Numbered from the stretch's first letter, positions 52,601-62,124 are shown. The stretch is 64,000 nucleotides of DNA from Candidatus Omnitrophica bacterium UBA6215 (GCA_002421665.1 DISH01000003.1:39291-103290), one strand, 5' to 3'. Made by a program: numbers and translations. The notes: generated by a model from the letters alone, not told the origin.

Positions 52601-53497
52601 ATGGACGTGGAAAAGAAATACAGGTCGGGGTTTGTCGCGATAGTCGGAAGGCCTAATGTGGGCAAGTCCACGGTCCTCAACAGGCTGGTCGGGGAAAAGG
52701 TCGCGATAGTTACCGAGAAACCTGAGACGACGCGCGACAGGATACAGGGGATATTGACCACGGGAGAGGCCCAGGTCATATTCGTGGATACCCCCGGCAT
52801 ACACAAGCCCAAGAACCTGCTCGGTAAACGCATAACCAAGGTTGCCAAGGATTGCCTGTTGGATGTCGATCTCGTGATAGCCATTATAGACGTGACCCGC
52901 GGCATTACGGATGAGGACAAGCTCATCTTTGGCCTCATAAAGGACTCCGGGAAGCCGTCCATACTCCTTATAAACAAAGTGGACCTTCGCAGCAAATCGC
53001 TTGCCCTCCCGTTGATAGAAGAGGCCGCCGGCCTTCACGGTTTCAAGGAGATAATACCTGTCTCGGCCGTAAACGGCGATAACATGGACGTGCTGCTGCG
53101 CAAGACGATAGAATACCTGCCTGAAGGCAGGAAATATTTTCCGGACGGGCAATTTACCGATAAGACGGAGCGTTTCCTGGCGGGCGAGACCGTAAGGGAG
53201 AAAGCGCTTGAATTGACCCATGAAGAAGTTCCTCATTCCCTGGCTGTCCTTATCGAAGAGTTCGCCGAAAGGCCGAAGAAAGTGACCTATATACGGGCCA
53301 CGATATATGTCGAGAGGCATTCCCAGAAGAAGATAATCGTAGGACATAAAGGGCAGACCCTGAAAAAGATCGGGGAAGCGGCGCGTAAGGACCTCCAAAG
53401 ATTATTAGATCGGCATGTCTACCTTGAATTATGGGTCAAGGTCCATGAGAACTGGCGCAAGGACCCGCAGGCCCTCAAGATGCTGGGTTACGCTTAA
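52601..53497 (+). CDS. era: GTPase Era.
   Basis: G1 'GRPNVGKST', G3 'DTPG' and the C-terminal KH domain are present. Length 298 aa. Confidence 0.9.
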   Translation: MDVEKKYRSGFVAIVGRPNVGKSTVLNRLVGEKVAIVTEKPETTRDRIQGILTTGEAQVIFVDTPGIHKPKNLLGKRITKVAKDCLLDVDLVIAIIDVTRGITDEDKLIFGLIKDSGKPSILLINKVDLRSKSLALPLIEEAAGLHGFKEIIPVSAVNGDNMDVLLRKTIEYLPEGRKYFPDGQFTDKTERFLAGETVREKALELTHEEVPHSLAVLIEEFAERPKKVTYIRATIYVERHSQKKIIVGHKGQTLKKIGEAARKDLQRLLDRHVYLELWVKVHENWRKDPQALKMLGYA

Positions 53498-53506
53498 AAG
53501 GCGAAA

Positions 53507-55189
53507 ATGTACCGATACAAAATACCGGCGGTATTGTTCATACTTATCGTCATAACCTTTGTTTCCTTATACCCCTGCCTTTGTAACGGGTTCACGCTTT
53601 GGGATGACAACCGCTTCATTGCCGAGAACAAGCTGGTCCGCGACATCTCTCCCCGGAATATCAAGACCATGTTCACTTCCGCTGTCTGCGAGAACTATGC
53701 CCCGCTTGCCATGCTTTCATACGCCGTTGAATACCGTATCGCTGGCACGGATGATCCGTTTATCTACCACGCCGATAACTTGATCCTGCACTTGGCGAAT
53801 TGCCTGCTCGTCTTCTGGTTCATATACCTTATCAGCGGGAGCGCCGCGGTCTCTTTCATTACCGCGTTGTTTTTCGGCATCCACCCGATGCATGTCGAGT
53901 CGGTAGCATGGATATCAGAGAGGAGGGATGTCCTGTATTCGTTCTTCTTCCTGCTGTCGCTGATATTTTATGTTCGTTACCTGAAGGGTGCGAGGAAAAC
54001 GGCCGATTACGCTGCTTCGCTCGGGATGTTCGTATTATCCATGCTCTCGAAGACGATGGCCGTTACGATGCCGGCGCTGCTGTTTTTAACGGATTATTTT
54101 TTGCGCAGGAAATTCGACAGGAAAGCCGTATTCGATAAGGCGCCTTTTATTGCCGCGGCACTATTGTTAGGCATTTTCGGCTATTTTGCTCAGCAGGGTT
54201 CCGGCAGGGTATTACACGTCGACCACGGGCTGTTTAACAATGCGGCATTCGCTGTTTACGGTCTTGTTTTTTACCTGAAAAAACTTGTTTTTCCGGTCGG
54301 GTTGTCGGCCTTTTATCCCTATCCTGCGGATGTCCAGTCCGCGGTCAGGTGGATACTCTTATATTCGTTGCCGGTATTTGCGGCGGTGTGCGCCGCCGTA
54401 GCCGTATCGCTTAGGTATACAAGGAAAGCGGCCTTCGGCTTTCTCTTCTTTATCGCGGTTCTATTGCCGGTAATAAAGATTATCCCTCTCGGACGGGCGG
54501 TTGCCGCCGACAGGTATGTCTATATCGCTTATATAGGGTTGTTTTACATTATAGCGGAAGCGGTCTGCCGAACTTGCCGCTCGAAAAATACAGCGGCAAA
54601 GGCGGTTGCTATCATATTGACCGCAGCGTTTGCCTGCACGCTGTGCGCTCTTTCATCGCAGAGATGCCGCGTATGGAAGGACAACATCTCGCTTTGGACT
54701 GATGCCATAAAAAATTACCCGAGTGTTGAGGCATATATCGGCCGCGGGGTCGCTTACTCGAATGCCGGGAAAGTGCGGGAGGCTATTGAAGAATACAACA
54801 AGGCGGAAGAGATGGATCCCCGGTTCGCGGATATATTTACTAACAGGGGTAATGCATACCTGGCTGCCGGTCAGCAGGAAAAGGCTGCCTCGGATTATTC
54901 AAGGGCCATAGAACTGGACCCCGGCGCATATAAGCCTTATTATAACCGGGGCGTCGTATATATAAAGACGGGGCAGTTTGATAAAGCGATTGCGGACTTT
55001 ACCGAAGCGATAAAACTTAACCCTGATTGCGCCCAAGCATACGGGAACCGCGGCGCGTGTCTTGGTAATACGGGCAGGGAAGAAGAGGCGTTGCGTGATT
55101 TCAGGACTGCCCTCAAGATAGACCCGGAGTATCTTTCCGCCGGAGATAACATGGAACGCCTGCTTAAAAATCGCACCTGCGGGCCTTGA
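53507..55189 (+). CDS. Polytopic membrane protein with C-terminal TPR repeats (PMT/TMTC-like putative glycosyltransferase architecture).
   Basis: About 10 N-terminal TM helices. At least 4 C-terminal TPR units follow ('AYIGRGVAYSNAGKVREAIEEYNKAEEMDP...'). Confidence 0.55.
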   Translation: MYRYKIPAVLFILIVITFVSLYPCLCNGFTLWDDNRFIAENKLVRDISPRNIKTMFTSAVCENYAPLAMLSYAVEYRIAGTDDPFIYHADNLILHLANCLLVFWFIYLISGSAAVSFITALFFGIHPMHVESVAWISERRDVLYSFFFLLSLIFYVRYLKGARKTADYAASLGMFVLSMLSKTMAVTMPALLFLTDYFLRRKFDRKAVFDKAPFIAAALLLGIFGYFAQQGSGRVLHVDHGLFNNAAFAVYGLVFYLKKLVFPVGLSAFYPYPADVQSAVRWILLYSLPVFAAVCAAVAVSLRYTRKAAFGFLFFIAVLLPVIKIIPLGRAVAADRYVYIAYIGLFYIIAEAVCRTCRSKNTAAKAVAIILTAAFACTLCALSSQRCRVWKDNISLWTDAIKNYPSVEAYIGRGVAYSNAGKVREAIEEYNKAEEMDPRFADIFTNRGNAYLAAGQQEKAASDYSRAIELDPGAYKPYYNRGVVYIKTGQFDKAIADFTEAIKLNPDCAQAYGNRGACLGNTGREEEALRDFRTALKIDPEYLSAGDNMERLLKNRTCGP

Positions 55190-55284
55190 AATTCCGTCGA
55201 TATATGGCATACTTTAATTGACCGAAAGGGGCAGTCCGGCCGGCGGTCGGACTTGACGCTGGGTCCGAAAATCCCAAAGCGGGC

Positions 55285-55385
55285 CCACCCCCATCAGGGC
55301 CGAAAGGGCGTGACGCAAAACCCCGGGCCTAAACCGAGGCCATTCCAGGTGGCACGGCAGGGCGGCGAGGTTACCGAAACCGGAG
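55285..55385 (+). ncRNA. Candidate cyclic-di-GMP-I (GEMM) riboswitch aptamer.
   Basis: GC-rich non-coding leader with GEMM-like blocks: 'CAGGGCC-GAAA-GGGCGUGACGCAAAACC' (P2 with GNRA loop), 'CCGGGCCUAAACC', and '...GGCGGCGAGGUUACCGA'. These match the Vc2-type consensus (GACGCAAAGCC / GGCCUAAACC / GGGGUUACCGA). Confidence 0.55.
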
Positions 55386-55461
55386 AAAAGGTCAAAGGCG
55401 TAGGTTGCCTCCCTTTGTCGGTCGATGCAGGATTTCCGGTTGCAGTAGAAGCAGGAGGTTC

Positions 55462-55500
55462 AAAATGGCAAGCGCCATTGCGCTTGCCATTTTGTTTTCC
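55462..55500 (+). terminator. Intrinsic terminator, the likely riboswitch expression platform, 20 nt upstream of the patatin gene start.
   Basis: Perfect 14-bp hairpin AAAATGGCAAGCGC-catt-GCGCTTGCCATTTT, followed by GTTTTCC. Confidence 0.65.
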
Positions 55501-55519
55501 AGCCTATATAATAAAAGAG

Positions 55520-57574
55520 ATGAGCCCTGCCAATATTAATAATTTAGATAAAGCTGCGGTCATAAAGAAAATACCGCTGTTCGCCGACCTGCCGCAGGCC
55601 GCGCAAAAACTCATTGAGGAGCGCTGCTACCTGGTTGAGTACAGGAGAGACCACCTTCTCTACCGCGAGGGTACCCCCGCGGATTCTTTTTATTGCATGG
55701 TATCGGGCCGGGCAAAGGTGTTTGTCAATACCCCATCGGGAGAGGAGAGGGCCCTTATATATCTGCATAGGGGTGATTATGTCGGGATAGTCTCCCTGCT
55801 TACCAACGAACCCCATTCGGCCTCCGTAAGGATAATGAACGATTCGCTGGTCCTGCGCATTGACAAGAAAAATTTTGATCTATTGCTAAGCGACATTCCG
55901 CAGCTTGCCGTCAGACTCAGCGAATCGCTTTCCAGGCGTCTGAAGAAGAAAGAATCCAAGACTAAGGCGGTCTTCGAATCGACGATAATATCGGTTTACG
56001 GCATGGCTAAGAAAGCCGGCAGGACTATGTATTCTGCGAACCTGGCCATCGCCCTGGCCTACGAAACGCGCAAGAAGGTCATTTTGATAGACATGAGCCC
56101 CTCCGGAGAAGAATGCGCTTCCACGCTTCATATGGACGGGAAACCGCAGTGTATCGTCCTTGGTTCCGGCATCCTCAGCTACGATGATGTAAGGTCCAAA
56201 GTCGTAAAGTATGAGCCGGGAGGGATACACCTATTGAGCCTTTCCTGCGCTTCGTCGGCGGACATAGAGCCGTCCGAAGTGATCTCCCTGCTTAGCTCGA
56301 TAGCGTCCGAATTCAATTACATAGTCGTTGATATGCCGTCGGAGATGGATAAACCCGTTTATGCCGTGCTTATCCAATCCGACCTTATACACGTGGTGAC
56401 GGATTCCGGCGAGCATAACCTGAAGGCGACAGGGAGGATCATCGACGAATTGAAAAAGACGGTCAAGGATCCGGATAAGGTCATAAGGGCCGTAATAAAC
56501 GAATTCGTGATGACCAAGAGTTTCGAAGAGGAGGTAAAGCTGTTGGGCCATAAGGCATATGCGACCTTGCCGGACCTCGGTTTCCTTGCCGGGATGATGG
56601 CGGCAGGCCTGCCTCCGGTGCTTGCAGTGCCCGAATGCCTCTATTCGAGGGCGGTCAGGAGGATCGCCAGGGAGATAGGAAGGATACTCGTCGGCCTTTC
56701 GCTTGGTTCAGGGGCGGCGCTCGGGCTTGTCCATATCGGCGTCATCAAGGTGCTGGAAGAGGAGAAGATCCCGGTAGATTTCGTGGCAGGCAGTTCCATA
56801 GGGGCGGTCATCGGGGCGTTCTGGACTTCAGGGATGGACGCTTTAGAGATAGAAAAGGTCGCTTTGAGTTTCAAGAAAAAGAAGACGCTGTTTTCACTGG
56901 CCGATTTTTCCCTCATGCCGCTGCACGGCTTCCTGAACGGCAACGGCATCAAGCGGTTATTCAGGGAATACCTGGGCAACAAGACCTTCCATGATACGCG
57001 CATACCGTTCAAGATAGTCGCCAACACCCTGCGTTCGCGGGAGAACATCGTAATTGACCAGGGCAGCCTTGTCGACGCCTTGCGCGCGACCTGCTCGATC
57101 CCTGCGCTAATTAAACCTGTAAGGTACGGCGACGATTTCTTTATCGACGGAGGGACGCTGGACCCGGTCCCGATAGATGTCCTGGTGAAGGGCGGCGCAA
57201 GCAAGATAATAGCCGTCAACTGCCTCCCGAGCCAGGAAGAGATGCGCAAGATATTCGCCGAGTTCGAGGATAGGCGTCTCAGGGAAGAGGCCAGGCTCGC
57301 TAAGGGCTCCGTCTTCGCGCGGATAAAATATAATTTCAATAACTGGGCCCGCCGGACCTTTGCACCCAACGTTTTCGACGTCATGATGAACACCTCGCTG
57401 GCCATGCAGTATGTCCTGGCTGAGGCGTCGTCCCGTAACGCGGATTGCGTTATCCATCCGATACTGTCGAACGCGGTCTGGTTCGAGCTCTACAAAGCCG
57501 AAGAGCTCATAAAACGGGGAGAGGAAGAGACGCGGAAGATGCTTCCCCAGATAAAAGCCCTGATAGAAGAATAA
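55520..57574 (+). CDS. Cyclic-nucleotide-binding domain / degenerate MinD-ParA-like domain / patatin-like phospholipase fusion protein.
   Basis: N-terminal CAP-family cNMP-binding domain. The middle domain aligns to the MinD/CpaE P-loop region but has a deviant Walker A ('GMAKKAGRT'). The C-terminal patatin domain has a GxSxG 'GSSIGA' motif and a 'FFIDGG' DGG motif. Confidence 0.7.
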   Translation: MSPANINNLDKAAVIKKIPLFADLPQAAQKLIEERCYLVEYRRDHLLYREGTPADSFYCMVSGRAKVFVNTPSGEERALIYLHRGDYVGIVSLLTNEPHSASVRIMNDSLVLRIDKKNFDLLLSDIPQLAVRLSESLSRRLKKKESKTKAVFESTIISVYGMAKKAGRTMYSANLAIALAYETRKKVILIDMSPSGEECASTLHMDGKPQCIVLGSGILSYDDVRSKVVKYEPGGIHLLSLSCASSADIEPSEVISLLSSIASEFNYIVVDMPSEMDKPVYAVLIQSDLIHVVTDSGEHNLKATGRIIDELKKTVKDPDKVIRAVINEFVMTKSFEEEVKLLGHKAYATLPDLGFLAGMMAAGLPPVLAVPECLYSRAVRRIAREIGRILVGLSLGSGAALGLVHIGVIKVLEEEKIPVDFVAGSSIGAVIGAFWTSGMDALEIEKVALSFKKKKTLFSLADFSLMPLHGFLNGNGIKRLFREYLGNKTFHDTRIPFKIVANTLRSRENIVIDQGSLVDALRATCSIPALIKPVRYGDDFFIDGGTLDPVPIDVLVKGGASKIIAVNCLPSQEEMRKIFAEFEDRRLREEARLAKGSVFARIKYNFNNWARRTFAPNVFDVMMNTSLAMQYVLAEASSRNADCVIHPILSNAVWFELYKAEELIKRGEEETRKMLPQIKALIEE

Positions 57575-57580
57575 GCGTAT

Positions 57581-57610
57581 TTGACAGCCCTCCGGCATGG
57601 GGGCTATAAT
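57581..57610 (+). promoter_or_regulatory. Consensus sigma70 promoter (TTGACA, 18-nt spacer, TATAAT) for the fixC-like gene.
   Basis: Perfect -35 at 57581-57586 and perfect -10 at 57605-57610. The AGGAGA RBS is at 57622. Confidence 0.5.
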
Positions 57611-57633
57611 CAATGTAAACAGGAGACCACATA

Positions 57634-58944
57634 ATGGCAAGCGGTGAGAAATTCGATTGTATAGTCGTAGGAGCGGGCCCTGCCGGGACGACATGCGCTT
57701 ATACCCTCGCGAAAGCGGGATTGAGCGTAGTGCTTCTCGAGCGCGGGGAGAAGCCCGGGTCCAAGAACGTAATGGGAGGGATACTTTATTCCACGATACT
57801 TAATAAGGTGATACCCAACTTTTGGGAAGAGGCGCCCGTCGAGAGGAGGATAGTGCAGAAGAAGTTCTCGGTGCTTTCCGACGACTCCGAGCTCCAGCTT
57901 GCCATGAGGTTCGAGGATTTCAACAAGCCCCCCTATAACAATACTTTTTCGGTCCTGCGCGGGAAATTCGACGCATGGTATGCCTCGAAAGCCGAGGAAG
58001 CCGGGGTCATGATACTCAACGAGGCGGTTGTCGATAAGGTTATAGTCGAGAACGGCAAGGCTGTCGGCGTGAAGACCCGCCTTGAGGACGGGGACCTTTT
58101 CGCGGACACGATAGTGATAGCCGAAGGCGTCACTTCCCTGCTGGCGCAGGGCCTGGGGCTCAGGGAAAAACATATACCCGAGCACATGGTCACCTGCTGC
58201 AAGGAAGTCATCGAACTGCCGAAGGAGACGATAGAGCAAAGGTTCAACCTTGATGGCGATGAGGGCGCTTCGCTGGAGTATTTCGGGGGTTCTGTTAAGG
58301 GCCTCGTAGGATCAGCATTCATATATACTAACAAGGATACCGTATCTATAGGCGTCGGAGTATCCACGAACGATCTAAAGAACAACAAGCTTACCCCGAA
58401 TGACATAATAGAATCTTTCAAGGAGCACCCGTCGATAAAGCGCTATATAAAGGGAGGGAAGCTTCTTGAGTATTCCGCGCACATGATACCGGAATTCGGC
58501 TATGACCACCTCCCTAAATTGACCATGGACGGGCTTATCATAGCCGGCGACGCAGCAGGTTTCGTTAACATGAATCCCCTGTATCATGAAGGGTCTAACC
58601 TCGCGATGGCCTCGGGCCTTGCCGCGGCCGAAACGATAATAGAAGCAAGGAAGAACAATGATTTCTCGGAGAAAGGCCTTGCCGGATACCGCAAGCGCCT
58701 CGAAAGCTCTTTCGTCCTTAAGGACCTGAAGAGATATAAAGGTATCTCTAACTTCGCGTTGAAACATCCCGAATTTTTCAAGGAATACCCGGAACTGATC
58801 ATAGAGCTGGCGCAGGATTTCTTCACCGTTTCAGAGACGCCCAAAGGCCAGTCCAGGATGAACGTCATAAAGAAGGGCCTGAAGAGGGTCAACCTGCTCA
58901 AGCTCGCAATAGGGATGAATCGCGCGCGCAAAGTGATGTTCTAA
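57634..58944 (+). CDS. fixC: FixC-type FAD-dependent oxidoreductase (electron-transfer flavoprotein:quinone oxidoreductase family).
   Basis: 'EKFDCIVVGAGPAGTTCAYTLAKAGLSVVLLERGEKPGSKNVMGGILY' is nearly co-linear with rhizobial FixC. Length 436 aa. Confidence 0.8.
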   Translation: MASGEKFDCIVVGAGPAGTTCAYTLAKAGLSVVLLERGEKPGSKNVMGGILYSTILNKVIPNFWEEAPVERRIVQKKFSVLSDDSELQLAMRFEDFNKPPYNNTFSVLRGKFDAWYASKAEEAGVMILNEAVVDKVIVENGKAVGVKTRLEDGDLFADTIVIAEGVTSLLAQGLGLREKHIPEHMVTCCKEVIELPKETIEQRFNLDGDEGASLEYFGGSVKGLVGSAFIYTNKDTVSIGVGVSTNDLKNNKLTPNDIIESFKEHPSIKRYIKGGKLLEYSAHMIPEFGYDHLPKLTMDGLIIAGDAAGFVNMNPLYHEGSNLAMASGLAAAETIIEARKNNDFSEKGLAGYRKRLESSFVLKDLKRYKGISNFALKHPEFFKEYPELIIELAQDFFTVSETPKGQSRMNVIKKGLKRVNLLKLAIGMNRARKVMF

Positions 58945-58954
58945 GAGAGTCTCG

Positions 58955-60751
58955 ATGCGTGAAGACACTATTCCTTTGATGTTTTTCGCGAGGGCGGACA
59001 GGTATGGCAGCAGGTGCGCCCTCCGGTATAAACGCGATGGCAGATACCGCGATATAACCTGGTCGGAATTCGAGGACAAGGTAAAAGACCTCGCTTTCGG
59101 GCTTATCGCCTTGGGACTTAAACCCGGCGAAAAAGTCGCCATCCTTTCCGAGAACAGGCCGGAGTGGGCTTTCTCCGACCTGGCCGTCCTTTCATCAGGC
59201 TGTGTCGATGTCCCCATATACCCTACCGATGTCCCGAACCAGATGGCGCATATAATCTCGGATTCGGATTCAGCCATGGCTATAGTTTCGACCGCCGAAC
59301 AACTCGAAAAAGTGCTCTCCGTAAAAAAGGACATCCCTTCGCTCAGGAAAATAATAATGATGGACCCTCCGGAGAGATTGCCGGGCGCAGATATGATCTC
59401 TTTGAAAGAGGTCATGAAGACCGGGGCGGCGAAAGCTTCCGAAGTCCGCGTGGAATTCGAATCACGCCTCAGGTCGGCCGGCAAGGACGACCTGGCCTCT
59501 ATAATATATACCTCGGGCACAACAGGCCCGGCAAAAGGCGTCTGCCTTACGCACGGAAATTTCCTTTCCAACTGCAGGGTGTCGGTAGACGTTCTTCCTT
59601 TTGACGAGAAAGACGTCTGCCTTTCTTTCCTGCCGCTATCGCATGTGTTCGAAAGGATGGCCAGCTATTATTTTACGCTGCTCATCGGCGGGACGATCGC
59701 TTATGCCGGGAGCATGGAGTCGGTGGCCTCGGACCTTAAAGAGATCAGGCCCACTTACATGTGTGCTCCTCCGAGGTTCTACGAGAAACTTTACGCGGGA
59801 ATAATGGAAAAGGCCTCCGTGAAAAAACCGGGCGAAAGAAAAGCCCTCGAAAAGGCGTTCGCGACGGCCAAAAAATACTCCGACGCTATTTTCAATAAGC
59901 TGGATATAAGCCCGGGCCTTTGGCTCGAGTACAATATCGCCAGGATATGCGTATTCTCCAAGATAAAGGAGGCGGTCGGCGGAAAGATCAAATTCTTCAT
60001 CTCAGGCGGCGCTCCGCTCTCAAGGGAGCTTGCCGAGTTTTTCTTTTCGGTCGGGATATTTATATTCGAGGGCTACGGCCTTACCGAGACATCCCCGGTA
60101 GTGACGGTTAATACTTTCAAGGCCCTCAGGTTCGGCTCCGTAGGAAAACCCCTCAAGGACGTGGAGGTAAGGATGTCCTCCGACGGAGAAATATTGGTAA
60201 AAGGCCCTACGGTAATGAAGAGGTACTATAATAACGAAAAGGCCACAGCCGAGGCAATAGACGGCGAGGGCTGGTTCCATACCGGGGACGTGGGGCATTT
60301 CGACGATGACGGGTTCCTTTATATAACCGACCGCAAGAAAGACATAATAATAACCGCCGGCGGGAAGAATATAGCGCCGCTCAATATAGAGAACCTCATA
60401 AAAAGCGATTCGTACATACAGGAGATAGTGATCCATGGGGACAGGAGGCCTTACCTGACAGCGATAGTAGTCCCGGATTTTAACGCGTTGAAAGGGCTCG
60501 CGATAAGACTTGGGATACCTTACCTTAAGCCGGAGGAACTGGCAGCCCATCCGCGTGTCGAGGAGTTCATAAAGGGCAGGATAGAAGAAAAACAGAAGGC
60601 CCTGCCCGGTTATGAGAGGATAAAGAGATTCAGGCTGCTGGACAGGCCCTTGAAGATAGAGGAGGGCGAGATGACCCCGTCCCTCAAGGTAAAGCGCAAG
60701 GTTGTCGCGGAGAAATATAAGGAAGTTTTTGACGAGTTGTACAGGAGCTGA
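58955..60751 (+). CDS. Long-chain fatty acid--CoA ligase (AMP-binding, FadD-like).
   Basis: 'YTSGTTGPAKGV', 'GYGLTETS' and 'TGDVGHFDDDGFLYITDRKKD' are present. Confidence 0.8.
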   Translation: MREDTIPLMFFARADRYGSRCALRYKRDGRYRDITWSEFEDKVKDLAFGLIALGLKPGEKVAILSENRPEWAFSDLAVLSSGCVDVPIYPTDVPNQMAHIISDSDSAMAIVSTAEQLEKVLSVKKDIPSLRKIIMMDPPERLPGADMISLKEVMKTGAAKASEVRVEFESRLRSAGKDDLASIIYTSGTTGPAKGVCLTHGNFLSNCRVSVDVLPFDEKDVCLSFLPLSHVFERMASYYFTLLIGGTIAYAGSMESVASDLKEIRPTYMCAPPRFYEKLYAGIMEKASVKKPGERKALEKAFATAKKYSDAIFNKLDISPGLWLEYNIARICVFSKIKEAVGGKIKFFISGGAPLSRELAEFFFSVGIFIFEGYGLTETSPVVTVNTFKALRFGSVGKPLKDVEVRMSSDGEILVKGPTVMKRYYNNEKATAEAIDGEGWFHTGDVGHFDDDGFLYITDRKKDIIITAGGKNIAPLNIENLIKSDSYIQEIVIHGDRRPYLTAIVVPDFNALKGLAIRLGIPYLKPEELAAHPRVEEFIKGRIEEKQKALPGYERIKRFRLLDRPLKIEEGEMTPSLKVKRKVVAEKYKEVFDELYRS

Positions 60752-60760
60752 GGGCAGGAT

Positions 60761-61600
60761 TTGAGATTCGAAGGGTCTTTCAAGAACAAAGACGCCCAGA
60801 ACATAGCATATAAGGCGTTCATCCCCGCGGACCCGAAGGCAGTGCTTGTCATGGCGCATGGGCTCGGGGAGAATTTCCTTAAGTATGCGTATTTCGGCGA
60901 ACGGCTTTACGGCGCCGGTATTGCTGCTTTCCTTTATGACCAGCGGGGCCACGGGAGATCCCAGGGCAGGCGCGTATTTGCGGCCGATTTCGACGACCTC
61001 GTCTCGGACCTCAGGCAGATGATCGAGATAGCCAAGGTCGAGACGCTGCTCGAAGATGTATTTGTAGCGGGCCTGAGCATGGGCGGCCTGCTGGCGCTCG
61101 ATTATTCGATAAAATACGGCGATACGATAACGGGCGTGATCTGCAGCGCTCCCGCCGTTAAGCTTAAAAACCCTCCCGGAGGGATAGAGTACGGGGCCGC
61201 ACGGTTTATCGCGGCCTTGTTCCCCTGGCTGACGACCCCAAACAGGATACCTTATGAATGGCTTACGCATGACGCTGCGCTTATAGAAGAGACAAAAGCG
61301 GACAAGAATTCCCAGCGCGTCATATCATTCGGCTTGTTTTTGCAGATGACAAAGGCCATGAGGTTCGTCTTCGATAACGCAGGCGGGATAAAAGTCCCGC
61401 TGCTTTTCCTGCAGGGCAGCGACGACAAGGTGGTCGAAGCCGACGGCGTAAGGGAACTTTTCGAGAAAATACCGTCCATAGACAAGGAACTGAAGGTCTA
61501 TGACGGGCTTTATCATGAGCTTCTTAGGGAAACGAGCAGGGAAGAGATAGCCGGTTACATCATTGATTGGATACAAAAAAGGACAGGGGAGAGGAAATAA
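60761..61600 (+). CDS. Alpha/beta hydrolase, lysophospholipase / monoacylglycerol lipase-like.
   Basis: 'HGLGE' oxyanion region and GxSxG 'GLSMGG'. Length 279 aa with a TTG start. Confidence 0.65.
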   Translation: MRFEGSFKNKDAQNIAYKAFIPADPKAVLVMAHGLGENFLKYAYFGERLYGAGIAAFLYDQRGHGRSQGRRVFAADFDDLVSDLRQMIEIAKVETLLEDVFVAGLSMGGLLALDYSIKYGDTITGVICSAPAVKLKNPPGGIEYGAARFIAALFPWLTTPNRIPYEWLTHDAALIEETKADKNSQRVISFGLFLQMTKAMRFVFDNAGGIKVPLLFLQGSDDKVVEADGVRELFEKIPSIDKELKVYDGLYHELLRETSREEIAGYIIDWIQKRTGERK

Positions 61601-61602
61601 GG

Positions 61603-62124
61603 ATGCTCAAGAAGATCAAGGTAATCGCGGCCATAGCGGTTGTTGTCATCCTTGCGGCGGCGCTTTACAAGCCGTTAAGGATATTTTCGTTCCGGTTAAT
61701 GGAGCCGAAGTTCATAGTGCCGGTAGCGACCACTGAAGCGAAGATACGAAGCGATTGTTACGGCGACGGTACCTTCGGCGCCAAGCGCCGTGGAGGACGC
61801 CTCCACCTGGGTGTGGACCTGACCGCTCCCGTCGGGACCCCTGTTTACGCTGCGAAATCCGGCAACGCCGTTTCTAAACACAACCGCGGTATGGGGAATT
61901 TCGTGGTGATCAACCACATAGACGGTTCAAGGACCGTATACGGGCATCTCTCAAAAAGTTTTGTGGACCCTCGCGGGGAAAAGGTGAAGAGGGGCGACAT
62001 AATAGGGGAAGTCGGAAAGACCGGCAACGCCTGGAATCCCTGCATGGTCTCGCACCTACATTTCGAGATATGGATAGACGAACAACCGGTCGATCCTATG
62101 GCCGGGTATATGCAGGTAAAATGA
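61603..62124 (+). CDS. M23 family metallopeptidase (LytM-like) with an N-terminal membrane anchor.
   Basis: 'HLGVDL', 'GHLS' and 'HLHFEI' motifs (HxxxD / HxH) are present. An N-terminal TM/signal helix is present. Confidence 0.8.
   Translation: MLKKIKVIAAIAVVVILAAALYKPLRIFSFRLMEPKFIVPVATTEAKIRSDCYGDGTFGAKRRGGRLHLGVDLTAPVGTPVYAAKSGNAVSKHNRGMGNFVVINHIDGSRTVYGHLSKSFVDPRGEKVKRGDIIGEVGKTGNAWNPCMVSHLHFEIWIDEQPVDPMAGYMQVK

Noticed and set aside
55190-55519. Possibility that the GC-rich structured intergenic region is tmRNA, RNase P RNA, 6S or SRP RNA.
   Set aside because: It lacks the tRNA-like 3' end and tag ORF of tmRNA. It lacks the GGAAAGUCCGG / ACAGAACCCGGCUUA P4 elements of RNase P RNA. It also lacks the SRP domain IV motif. 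Instead it shows GEMM-like blocks followed by a terminator.
55466-55540. 24-aa ORF (MASAIALAILFSSLYNKRDEPCQY) with an AGGAGG RBS inside the riboswitch terminator.
   Set aside because: The ATG and RBS lie within the perfect 14-bp terminator hairpin. This is more parsimoniously RNA structure than a leader peptide. No conserved peptide features.
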